Shown piece by piece: positions 52,824-64,000 of a DNA stretch of 64,000 nt. Below the pieces are notes generated by a model. That model had not been told where the DNA came from and made no database searches. It saw only the letters and a program-made list of their open reading frames with translations. Location of the stretch: contig OX597828.1 of NCBI GenBank assembly GCA_951406725.2, positions 75,764,001 to 75,828,000 of the forward strand, written 5' to 3'. The number at the start of each line of letters is the position of its first letter. Within the stretch, counting starts at the first letter, position 1. This DNA comes from Octopus vulgaris (lineage: Eukaryota). The position numbers were made by a program, and so were the translations under genes.

Positions 52824-53180
52824 GAAATTTATAGAAGAGCAAAAGACGAAGACAGGTGTATGAACAAGAAGCAAATATATTAATTTGCGCTCGGGAAAAA
52901 GGAAAAAAGTATTTTACGTTTCGAGCCTACGCTCTTCAAATAAACAGAATGAAAAGTACTTTTAGATTTCAGCGGTCCAGCATGACGATTATGTGTGTAT
53001 GTCTTTGAGTCTGTCCCATCCACCGCTTGGCAACCGATGCTTTGTTTGCATCACCCGCAGCTTATCAGCTCGGTCAAAGACGCCAATAAACTTTTAAAAA
53101 TAAGCATTGCGCTCAATATATTTGAATTAACCCTTCCGGGTGGCATGCAAGCTTGGCCGTGCTTCTATGAATGATTTAAG
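52710..53180 (+). mobile_element. SINE family B, 5'-truncated, with an insertion in its internal (TA)n
   Basis: GAGTGGATTTGGTAGACGGAAACTGAAAGAAG...(TA)n, insert, then CGCTTGGCAACCGATGC... Confidence 0.6.
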
Positions 53181-55204
53181 TAAAAGATAAGATTTTGCAA
53201 AATATTAAAACTTTAACTGGACTCGAAATTTCCTTTAACGAGCGAATGAAATTCTTTTTGAAGAAATATCATCTTATTAAATATCTCGTTTGTTCTCATA
53301 TCTATTTATACATGTAACCTATGAACATAGACATACGGAACAATGAATGACCGGGAGAGAAATGGAAATAATATTTTATATAACGGTAGAGAGAGAGAGG
53401 GGGAGGGATGGGGAGGACACTATAATTGGTGGCCTAAAAAGCTCTATCATTGCGTTTCGTTTCAGCAAATTTATATTCCAGCAGAAAAATAAGAGAATGG
53501 AAATTTTCTTGGAGATAACAAATCGTTTAAAACATTTGTGGTAGACAAATATTATTGCATTGACATCACCGATTATCATCTTCAGGTATCAAATCCTCGT
53601 TTCATAACGAATTATGGTGTTTAGATTTTGAATGTGCATGTGTGTGTATGTATACATGCACATATTTGTGCATGTTTATACACTGTGATTTATTTTTTTA
53701 TTGATTCTCAAGTCATTTTACTCTTACAAACAGCTAAACAAGAGAAAATAGTCCTCGTGAAATACATAAAATAGCCGTCCAAGCCAACGCAGACACAAAC
53801 ATGTTTTCATGAAATACTTTTGGTTGACATTGAAACATGTATATAACATCTGTCGTTTATATTGACTACAATTTATACATGGAAACAAACACATGTAATG
53901 TGTGTTTGAATTCATACAACACAAGCCACTGATGATGTCAACAAGAGAAGCCTTTCACAAAAACATCACTTTATTAAAATCAAATTTCCATTCCTCAATA
54001 AAAGTTACGCATACGCTTGTTTAAAACTTAAATTCTATGCCTAATATATTCTTGTTGTGTATTCATTTAGGGTCGCTTTTTCTTCCTCCAATCCCAGAGG
54101 GGACGGTATTCCACTCCCCCCTGTTCTAATCATAATTGTGCCAGATATAGATTTGCTCCTCTCGTAGCTACTTGGTAACAATATCTCTTCCTTTCAGGCT
54201 TCCGCGGTTTCCTGTTCCTTTCACGTTTCATTGTCACCAACGTTGAAGACTATAACGCTTCATATTGTGTTAAGAGGCTTTCTACTGGTCTTTGTATATC
54301 TAAGAGCTTCGACATTTCGTCTATCCATATTGGATATTTTCATTGTTTTTTCAAAAACAACCCCGCCTCTTTATAGCATTGATAATCTTTTCGTACTTGT
54401 TTGCTGATGCTCCATGTCACACTGCATCACGTAAAGAAGGATTATTTCTTTATCCCTATGACTCTTTCCCCTCACCCTAATTAATAGATGTTCATTTGAC
54501 AGTATGTATTTGGTCTGAACAAAAACAGTCTTGGTTTATTCAATCCACTACGAAATTTCTTTGATGAACTTTTCCCAATCTCATGTAATGATGGACCCGA
54601 AATAGTTAAAACTATCGGCTCGTTTGAAGTTGTTCCATTAATTATTTTACTTCAAATTGTTGTTACTTTCTTAGTGATTGTCATCGTATCTATCTTTTTC
54701 ATTTTATTATTATTATTTGCAGCTAAAATCTAGACAGCATTTTACTCCCATCGTTAATAGAACTAAATACTGCGTAGATCTTTCTCTGTTGTTGCTATGG
54801 GGACTGTGTCATTATCATAACAGATATTGTTTTGTCCTATCTCTATACCTGGTTGATATTCGATAGATCAATAATTAGTTCACAGTATAATGAAAACAAG
54901 TCTGATGATAACACACCAGATGCTTCTCTTGATCTCCCTCATCCCAACCTATTCAATTTCCAATTCTGATTGCTACCGTTTGATGCCAATATTTCTGGTG
55001 ATTCCCGAGTCCTGTCTATATGAATTTATATTTTCTAACATTCAAATGATTTCTTCTTACTATATCAAGTTTTGCGTAATCGGTGAAACACATGTAGATG
55101 CATGGACGTTTGTGTGTGTAATTTATATGCACACACCTATATAAGGACGACATATGTACACCACGCTGAAATATAGTGGCTACACGCCCACATTCTGTAT
55201 ATAT

Positions 55205-55252
<48 letters not shown>

Positions 55253-55379
55253 CACCAATTAACACACATGCGGGGTAGATTCAAATTCATACACAATAAC
55301 ATAAAGAATTCACTACACACAACTACTGGTTCCAATATTCAGTGGATGTCTTTTTTCATTTTTTTATACTTAGGAGAAA

Positions 55380-56200
55380 AGAAGGAACTGTGATGAGTTA
55401 ACGGGCCGGGTGAGGACAGCCAATCTCATTCAGTTGTGGGCATAGGGAAAGCTATCCTTGGAAGGCCAGGCAGAGGTAGCGAACGTATTTATCGCTGTCG
55501 TCCTGATAGTTGTACCCTGCGCCACATCGAACTGGTGCGCCTGGTCTTCGCTTACTTGTTGCCAACTTCCACTGAGTGGAGGGATGGATATGCGTTAAGC
55601 GGGTGTGGTCACCATTTTTCAAGCTCGTTTCTCTACAGCTCGTCTGATGGAGGGCGATTGTATCAAAGATTGGTGTCAGTGGCTCAGAGCTATCTGCTAG
55701 TCTGGCAATGTGGTCGGTATATGTTCCACTTTGGGTATCTGTATAAGATTAGTGACGGCGTCTTGAGGGAGACTGTGAATCAACGAGAATCAACTGGATG
55801 GTGTGTTGCTGATGACGTTCAGGCCGGGACCAAAGGATAATTTCCAGAAATCTCTGGCCTGGCAGTACTACAGGAAGATATTGCTAATACGGGGTAAATT
55901 TTACAGGAATGGAAGATAACTTAACCACGTTAGCCCAAGATGCTCGCAAAAGCAACGAAACTATTCTGAAAGCTCTCATCTTGTACCTGAGCAGTCGAAC
56001 ACCTGCTGCTACATATGGGGCGGATCCATTTATCAGCTGGGTCCACAGCGAAGATACTCCTACCACAGTCTTTGGCCGGAAAGGACAAACTGATTCTATC
56101 TCTACAGTAGCCTTAGCGAAAGAGGGTGTGTGGGGGGATCTGACTAATAGAGTTTCAGGCACACAGCTTCCTCTTTCACGAAGTTCTCATCAACGTTTAT
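55380..56200 (-). pseudogene. Probable decayed LINE ORF2 fragment
   Basis: Higher-GC coding-like block; only a weak PKWNIY post-endonuclease-like trace. Confidence 0.25.
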
Positions 56201-56486
56201 AAATTTCAAATGAAATGGGAAGTGAAGATGAAGAAATAAGTGTTACGTTCTAATAAATTTCCTGAGGAGTGGACGGCGGTACCAAGAATGCCCCAAAGGA
56301 ACGGGTGCACTCTGAGCATGCGCATGCAAATTAAGTGAGGAGTGGGGTGAAGGCATTTCTAATGGTCAATGTGACTAGTTTTGTTGGGTTTCCAAGAACT
56401 TCTGTAGGAAGAATCCCTTTTTAGAGGTATTAAGTTTGCATAGATTTTCGTCTCATGTTATTTTTTCTGTTTACACACGTCCCCGT

Positions 56487-56856
56487 GGAGGCGCAATGGC
56501 CCAGTGGTTAGGGCAGCGGACTCGCGGTCGTAGGATGGCGGTTTCGGTTTCCAGATCGGGCGTTGTGAGTGTTTATAGAGCGAAAACACCTAAAGCTCCA
56601 CGAAGTACCGGCAGTGAGCGGTGACGAACCCTGCTGTACTCTTTCACCACAACTTTCTCTCACTCTTTCTTCCCGTTTCTGTTATACGTATTTTTCGAAG
56701 GGCCAGCCTTGTCACACCCTGTGTCACGCTGAATCTTCCCGAGAACTACGCTGAGGGTACGTGTCTGTGGAGTGCTCAGCCACATGAACGTTAATTTCAT
56801 GAGCAGGCTGTTCCGTTACTTGGAAACCTCGTCGTCGCAACCGACGGAGTGCCACG
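56487..56856 (+). mobile_element. tRNA-derived SINE family C
   Basis: Homologous to 47518-47858. Confidence 0.85.
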
Positions 56857-58830
56857 ATAACCCTCCCCACACATTATATTTCATTGTTCTGTGCTGTCCT
56901 CGATATATTTTTTGTAAACCCTTAGTGATTAATTTATCATTATTACTGAGTCGGCGAGTTTGCTCATCGAATAGTTTGCTCATCGAACAAAATGCTTAGC
57001 AGCGTTTTTTCCGGTTTAATGTTCTGAGTTCGGCAAGGTCGAATTTGCCTTTCATTCTCGCTTTTCTCAGCAATAGGACTTGCGTCTATTTCACCAGTAT
57101 CCTTTCTCAGGCTGGTTTAATATATCATAATAGTGCAAACCCTCAAAGCATAAGAGAAATGTGCTTGACATATGTGGGCCCAACCACATGCAGTAGTGCA
57201 ATGACACGATTTTCTGGCGTCTTACTTGCGAACGAGAGCAGAGTGAAATTAGGAGACACTTAGGGAACATATCCCCTTTTGAATATAGTCACTTAAACCA
57301 TACGTTGCAGCCCTAAAATATGAGAATCTCCTTCTATGATGTTGCGCCTGAAAAATTCCAGCAGAAACAATACTGTGGAAAGAAGCCCTTCTGAAAGAGC
57401 TGAACAGTAGGTCTTCAGAGAAGAAATTTCCCACAAGCAATTGTTTCAGAACCTTAACTCATAAAGCACTGGGATTTGCACTCACATAGCATGGACTGCT
57501 GAGCACATTTTTATGAAAATGAGACTACCAGGCACACATAAAAAGAAACAAAAACAAAATACTTAAAATATCTTCTTAGTATATAAGGGTGGCAAGTTTT
57601 ACATCTGAAAAGTCATTAGTTGAACTATTAGTCCTTTTGCATTCTTGAGGGTATCGGAGTGTTTGAGCGACATTAGACCCCAACAGATTAAATGCATCTA
57701 TCTAAGCCACGATCGTGGCCTGTCGACCTGTGCCTGGCGGCTGGATTTTGTCCCGTCGCGCTTTATGTTTCAATTTCTTACATTATAAAGAGGCCAGGTT
57801 GCATCCAAGTCATGACTCTTGCGTGCCCATTTGATGACATTTTTAGCCACTTGGACATCGGAGACATGCACATCTAAACCACTTGGAAATTTCATCTAGT
57901 AATTCCTTTCTGTTGACTCAGCTTTCAAACTTATACTTAATGAAATTTCTCTCAGGTCTGGTTGATCATGCCTCATGTGGGGTTCTATCAACAACGTTCA
58001 AATATGAAATTCCATATTTAGATATTTGAGAACGGTTTAAAGAAACAAATTTTAAGTTTAGTAATTCGTGAACACAAAGACCAACGCCTCGAATCATAAG
58101 AGCCAGTCACCTTCAAATCACAGACAGCTTTCTGAAACAAAGAAAATGCTTGTAAACGAAGATTATTCGACGTTTTGCTAAATCAAAATGGGACTGGTGG
58201 CTAAACTGCAGCCAATTACCTATGTGTCTTAAGGATGGCGGGCTGACGGTTGACCTGACAATACAGAAAAAACAACTTAAACTGCAGTCTGAGATAACGA
58301 CGGGGTGTCGGGATACGGTGATATCAGTGCAAGCATCAACATTAATACCGGACTACCAAAAGATTAATCCATAGCTTATCGATTCATTCATCCGTAATCA
58401 CTAATAGAACAAACAGCCAGTCATTATTTCTTTTCATATACGTTTGAAGTGATTGATTATGAAGAGGAAAGAAAGAAGACAAAACGGGTGTATGTGATAA
58501 TATTTGTGGAATTTTACGAAGAACATTGCTGATAAAGCAATAAACATTAAGTGCACAAATAGTCCTTTGTCTTAGAGAAACTAATTAACGTTTATGTTAA
58601 CTAGTCACTAATCATTACTGGTTGAATATATATTTTATATTGAAAAACTTGACAGAAATCATACAATTTATCACTTGATATCCTTTGTTTCATTGACAGC
58701 ATCATATATCGGTACGTGTGTAATACATACACAAATATATGCACACACATATTGTATACACGTGTGTATATATTTATAAAATATTTACATATGTTTGTGT
58801 ACATATATATTTTACTTATATATATATTAT

Positions 58831-59454
58831 ATTAAATTAGAGATAAAACCACTATTAGGCAAATCAAATAGTGAAATACATAAACCAAAACATAAAAATA
58901 AATATAATTAATATAATATACAAAATATATAAAGTACAAAATTTAAAATTAAATTATTTATATTTCCTTAATACTATTAATAAGATTTAAAAAATATTCT
59001 TTCCTAGAGGGTATTGGAATATCCTTCAAAGATGAATTCCAAAATAGCGGTTCTATCTTACCTGTAAATTCCATAACTTACGAAATTGTAATATTACATT
59101 CAATAAATATAAGTTATCAATATATTAATAATAATAATAATAATAACAATCACATTAGGGAGTAAATCCAAACTTACAGGGAAAAATTAGATTTAGGATT
59201 AAATCCAATTTTATAGTATAAATATAAATTAAATTAGAGATAAAACCACTATTAGGCAAATCAAACAGTGAAAAACATAGACTAAAACATAAAAATAAAT
59301 ATAATTAATATAATATACAAAAGATATAAAGTACAAAATTTAAAATTAAATTATTTATATTTCCTTAATACTATTAATAAGTTTCAAAATATATTATTTC
59401 CTAGAGGATATTGGAATATCCTTCAAAGATGGATTCCAAAATAGCGGTTCTATC
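58831..59454. repeat. Partial tandem repeat, 397-bp period (~1.6 units)
   Basis: 58831-59057 is repeated at 59228-59454; very AT-rich; TA-rich flanks. Confidence 0.9.
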
Positions 59455-59467
59455 AAATATATATATA

Positions 59468-59864
59468 GGCGTAGGAGTGGCTGTGTGGTAAGTAGCTTGC
59501 TTACGGACCACATGATTTCGGGTTCAGTCCCACTGCGTGGCACCTTGGGCAGGTGTCTTCTGCTATAGCCTTGGGCCGACCAAAGCCTCGTGAGTGGATT
59601 TGGTAGACAGAAACTGAAAGAAGCCCGTCGTATATATGTGTACATATATGTGTATGTTTGTGTGTTGTGTTTGCCCCCTCCCCATCCCCCAACATCGCTT
59701 GACAGCCGATGCTGGTGTGTTTACATCCCCGTAACATAGCGGTTTCGACAAAAGAGACTGATAGAATAAGTACTAGGCTTACAAAGAATAAGTCCTGGGG
59801 TCGATTTCCTCGACTAAAGGCGGTGCTCCAGCACGGCCGCAGTCAAATGACTGAAACAAGTAAA
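59468..59864 (+). mobile_element. SINE family B
   Basis: Full-length copy GGCGTAGGAGTGGCTGTGTGG...GAAACAAGTAAA. Confidence 0.9.
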
Positions 59865-60059
59865 TGAAAAAAATGAATGAATGAATATATATATATATAT
59901 GCATGTATGTATATATGTGGTTCATCTTTTGTTAAAGACTATGGCTTATAAAGTCTAACCGAGTCTGAAATCTGCTGCTATGTACAGCGAAGTCACGTGA
60001 AATGCAGTACATGTCTAACTGATACAGCTATCTCTAAGTAATATATATACATTCTTTAA

Positions 60060-60397
60060 CTAGTTTCAGTCATTTCATTGTGGTCATGCTGGAGTACCGA
60101 CTTTTAGTAGAAGAAATCGATCCCCTGGACTTATTCGTTGTAAGCCTGGAGCTTATTCTATCGGTGTCTTCAGCGTTACGGGTATGTAAACACACCAACA
60201 TCGGTTGCCAAGCGATGGTGGCGGGGACAAAGAGACACATAAATACATACATTATATCTACCAGATCCACTCACAAGTCTCTGGTCGGTTCGGTGTTATA
60301 GTGGGAGACACTTGCCCAACGTGCCACGCAGCGGAACTTAACCTGGAATCATGTGGTTGAGAAAAAAGTTTCATACCACACAACCATGCTTACGCCT
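60060..60397 (-). mobile_element. SINE family B, inverted relative to its neighbour
   Basis: Reverse-complement homology to 59468-59864. Confidence 0.75.
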
Positions 60398-60398
60398 A

Positions 60399-60473
<75 letters not shown>

Positions 60474-60479
60474 ACACAC

Positions 60480-60519
<40 letters not shown>

Positions 60520-60765
60520 CGTGTGTGTGGTGCGTGCACAGACAACAAACAAGTATATACTAGCATATACATATATACATATTCAAATATATGTAAGTAC
60601 AAACATTCATATCCACACATACGCAGATAGCCACGTAAACACACGCATTACCTAGAAAGTGTTTACTGCTTAAATAAGATTCCTAACAGATACCAGACTT
60701 GGAATAGAGCGAAGAAGAGCAACATCGGACGATTTATCCCACTCTCTTGGCCGATCTGTATCTTG

Positions 60766-60816
<51 letters not shown>

Positions 60817-63179
60817 TCTCTCGGACATAACTTGATGGATCTAGGAAACGAGGACCGAAAGAATTGAGGAGCTACTAGGCTTCCAGTATCTATCACCTGG
60901 GCCATTATCTTAACTTCCAGTATCCTACACTACGCGCCCCCACAGTATTTTGCCTAAACATCAGCTAATAGTTTAAGACTTGTCGGCTATCATCCTAGTT
61001 TACCTAATGTGCCAACGGTTGCTCAGGTGTAGCATTGTCACATGTCAAATGCACATAATGCAAGCTTTAAATGAGACCCGAATGCTTGGTGGTAACTAGT
61101 GGCAGAATTGGGAACACCCAAGGAAAATTACTGCCACGCATTGACGCAACTTTTACAGTCGATATAATTATTGACAGAGTCCATAGAAGGTGGTGCTCAG
61201 CTTCACTGAAGTTTACTCAGACGAGAAAGAAAATAAACGATTAAATAAATACGTGTATGCGTATATTAAAGGTAGATTTGACTGTGTTAGTGGTGTGTAT
61301 GAATGTAGTAATGGTATATGTATATGTAAGTATTAATAGTGTGTATGTGTAAAGGTGGTTATGTGTGTGTGTGTGTGTGTGTAACAGTTGATGCTTGTTG
61401 ATGTCCTTTCGCTCTCACGACATTTCCATCACAGCTGACGCGAAACAAATTTTATGCCGGGAGTCGATTGGAAGACTGGCTACGATCCGTTGGACGTCAG
61501 CGCATGAAGCAAAAAAAGAAGAACAGATCGGATTTGGATGCTGTTTGGCTTAGAGTTGTGCTAAGCCAGAGCTTTGGATCAGATAATATATTGCCACATT
61601 CTTTCGATTTCCGGATATTTCAATTTCACATCTTATACGGCTAAGGAGAAATGCATAAACATTATATAATCTCGCCCGTTACTTCCGCTACAATATCGTT
61701 GCTTGGTGACTACATACAACACAAACAAAATACAAAAAAATAATAAATATATAACTAAATCAATACTGCCTTTGAATTGTGTGAACCATTGTCTTTCCTT
61801 TACAAATACAATTTTCCATTATGCTTCGTTTACAAAAGCCAGGGATCATGGTATCAGTTTTACAGTTGAGTGGAAGACTGATAAATGAAAGTTTCGTAAC
61901 CTAAATCAATATCCACTTATTGATTTCAGGAAGTCATCGTTTGTAATCCTTCAGAGAACTCGTAATACCTTGATAGGAAGTTTCTATTATACCTTGTCAC
62001 ATCTACGGTTTCGATCTAAACGACATCAAAACGGAACAGAAGCATTAATTGAGTTTAATGAAGGTGCAGATTAAAGCAGCTTTTGAATCTTGCTGGCAGA
62101 TTAACTTTTAATTTCCTCATGATAAAACGATGTTAAATGTAACAGTGGGATCAGTTCCGCTAACGAGTCTCTCTATAAATACTGACATTTTAACATATGT
62201 TCATCAATTTTGTTATCCCCATTTAACCGTAGAAGCTATCAAAGTAGAATGCCTCGAAGAACATTGAACGAATACGAAATTATAATAATAGTTTATTACT
62301 TTAGTTGAAAAATCCCCAAATATTGCGCAGAAAACGTCAAAAATTCGTATCTCTCTTCGCTCTCTTTTTTTCTGTCGCCAAAGAATTATAATCGTGAGTG
62401 AACTGAATTGGTTTGAGGCATGAATCACAGTAAGTTACAAGGATAATTTAGATGAGATATTACGAAATAGGTAAAAAGATTATTATAATAGTGAAGTAAT
62501 ACATTGATATGAGATTAACAATACGTTGTGAAAAGGAATTGTGTTTGTGTAGAGTTCTTATCTTTGCCAAAGAATAAAACTAATTTACAAAGTTGAAGTA
62601 AATATGTTTCAAACAGAAATAGAAACGGTGTAATACAATGAAACTATAAAGTTATCGTTATTGCTGTTTAATATCCTGCATGCTGAATAGGTCCAGACAT
62701 TATTTTCTGATATTATCTCCAAACTAGCCATTCTTTTTCTTTAAATAGGCTTTGAAGGAGATGTTGCTGCTATTTCTGGTTGCTGCTGCATATTGAACGA
62801 GTTAAAAGCTTCTTAACTATATTCCTTTAAACGCAAATGGTATCAACAAATTAGTAGAAAATAAGCCTTCAATCTGTTTAGCACTATTTAACAGCAGCTA
62901 CTAATAAACAGGTACTAATAAGCTTCTCATAGATACCAGAAAGTGAAGAATATTTTAGAGACAAGCTGCTCTAAACGTGGGAAGAGCGGTCCTTGAGCGG
63001 CAGAAACTGTGTAAAATGCATTGTTATATAGTTGCACGTAATGTTAATAAATACAGCGGGTAGTGAAAGATTTCGAACAGCGATTGAGGAGTGAGTTATA
63101 TCCATCGTGACCGAAGAAATTAATATCCAGTGTTATTCTGAGGAATATAGTCGGTTCAGACGAAGGTTTGAATGCGGCT

Positions 63180-64000
63180 GAGGGATTGAAACGAAAAATA
63201 AAACATTTATTCCCAGATGTTTCCTCGGATGAACAGAGCTGCTGCACGAAAACAAAGACATAAATTGTAGTAAAACAAAGTGCAACACTTTTATTGAAGC
63301 CAAAACGTAATGTACTGTTCGCATCGATAGAACAGGTAAAGAAGGAACTTGAAAGACTTGAAAGCCTAGGAATAATCGAGAAGACGGACCACTCAGATTG
63401 GGCAGCACTTAAGTAAAAGAGAAAAATAAGATACGAGTTTGTGGAGATTTTTTTCAACCGGTTTAAACGATTGTTTAGTCCCACATAACTATCCATTGCC
63501 GAATGCTCACACTTATTAGCTGTTGATACACAATGTAGCTTATTTACATTTAAGTGGTGTCCCTTCGGGGTAAAGATGGCTCCTTCCATATTTCAAGAAG
63601 TAGTGACTGCAATGCTGTCGGATTGTACTTTAGACGATGTCCTAATAAAAAAGCGAATCACACAAACATATAGAACACGTAGAAAGGATATTCGAAAAGA
63701 TCAGCGAATATGATTTTAAGCTATGTGAAAAAAATATGCGAGTTCCTTTTGAAAAAAATTAAATACTTGGGCCAGATAATAAATAAAATCGGACGGAAAC
63801 CGGATCCATCCAGGGCAACTGTGATAAAAACAATATGTTATTATGCTATGAGCATTCTTGGGGTTAGTAAATTACTACCAAATTCATATTCCCAATATAC
63901 ACAATGTAAAGGGCCCTGCTGAATGATTCGTTAAGGAAAAATACAAAATGGTACTAGACTGATAAATGCCAGGAGGCGTTTGACGAATTAAAAACAAACG
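63180..64000 (+). pseudogene. Decayed Ty3/gypsy pol (reverse transcriptase)
   Basis: KPKRNVLFASIEQVKKELERLESLGIIEKTDHSDWAA; PFGVKMAPSIFQEVV; LDDVLI; CEFLLKKIKYLGQII; FLGLVNYY; KCQEAFDELK. Deletions and stops present; runs off the window. Confidence 0.92.

Noticed and set aside
57080-57700. Coding-like block, possibly a transposase relic
   Set aside because: No identifiable motif could be read.
63044-63589. 181-aa minus-strand ORF
   Set aside because: It is antisense to the decayed gypsy RT on the plus strand.

Overview
AT-rich, microsatellite-saturated eukaryotic DNA with no recognisable host protein-coding gene; almost all listed ORFs are translations of (TA)n/(CA)n/(TAA)n tracts. The repeat landscape looks like a coleoid cephalopod, probably Octopus (inference, not a database match). 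It contains several tRNA-derived SINE families, two internally deleted mariner copies, a decayed Tc1 transposase, R4/Dong-like and Tx1/L1-like LINE fragments, a Helitron-like element, MITEs and a decayed Ty3/gypsy pol at the right edge. Two things stand out. (1) A family encoding an ORF1/gag-like protein (RRM-like region plus CCHC knuckle): the one complete copy (36477-38116, 10-bp TSD) has no RT ORF, a second copy has an intact ORF of at least 342 codons (1-1026, minus) that the ORF track missed, and a third is a divergent relic (~18209-18650). (2) Several type I hammerhead ribozyme (HHR) motifs in short Penelope/retrozyme-like repeats that sit in (TA)n tracts and form fold-back structures. 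The two well-preserved ORF1 elements both appear to be joined at ACC^GGTG just upstream of the hammerhead of a ~350-nt retrozyme-like unit, in the ribozyme-sense orientation. This suggests an ORF1-only retroelement that targets, or is functionally coupled to, ribozyme retroelements.
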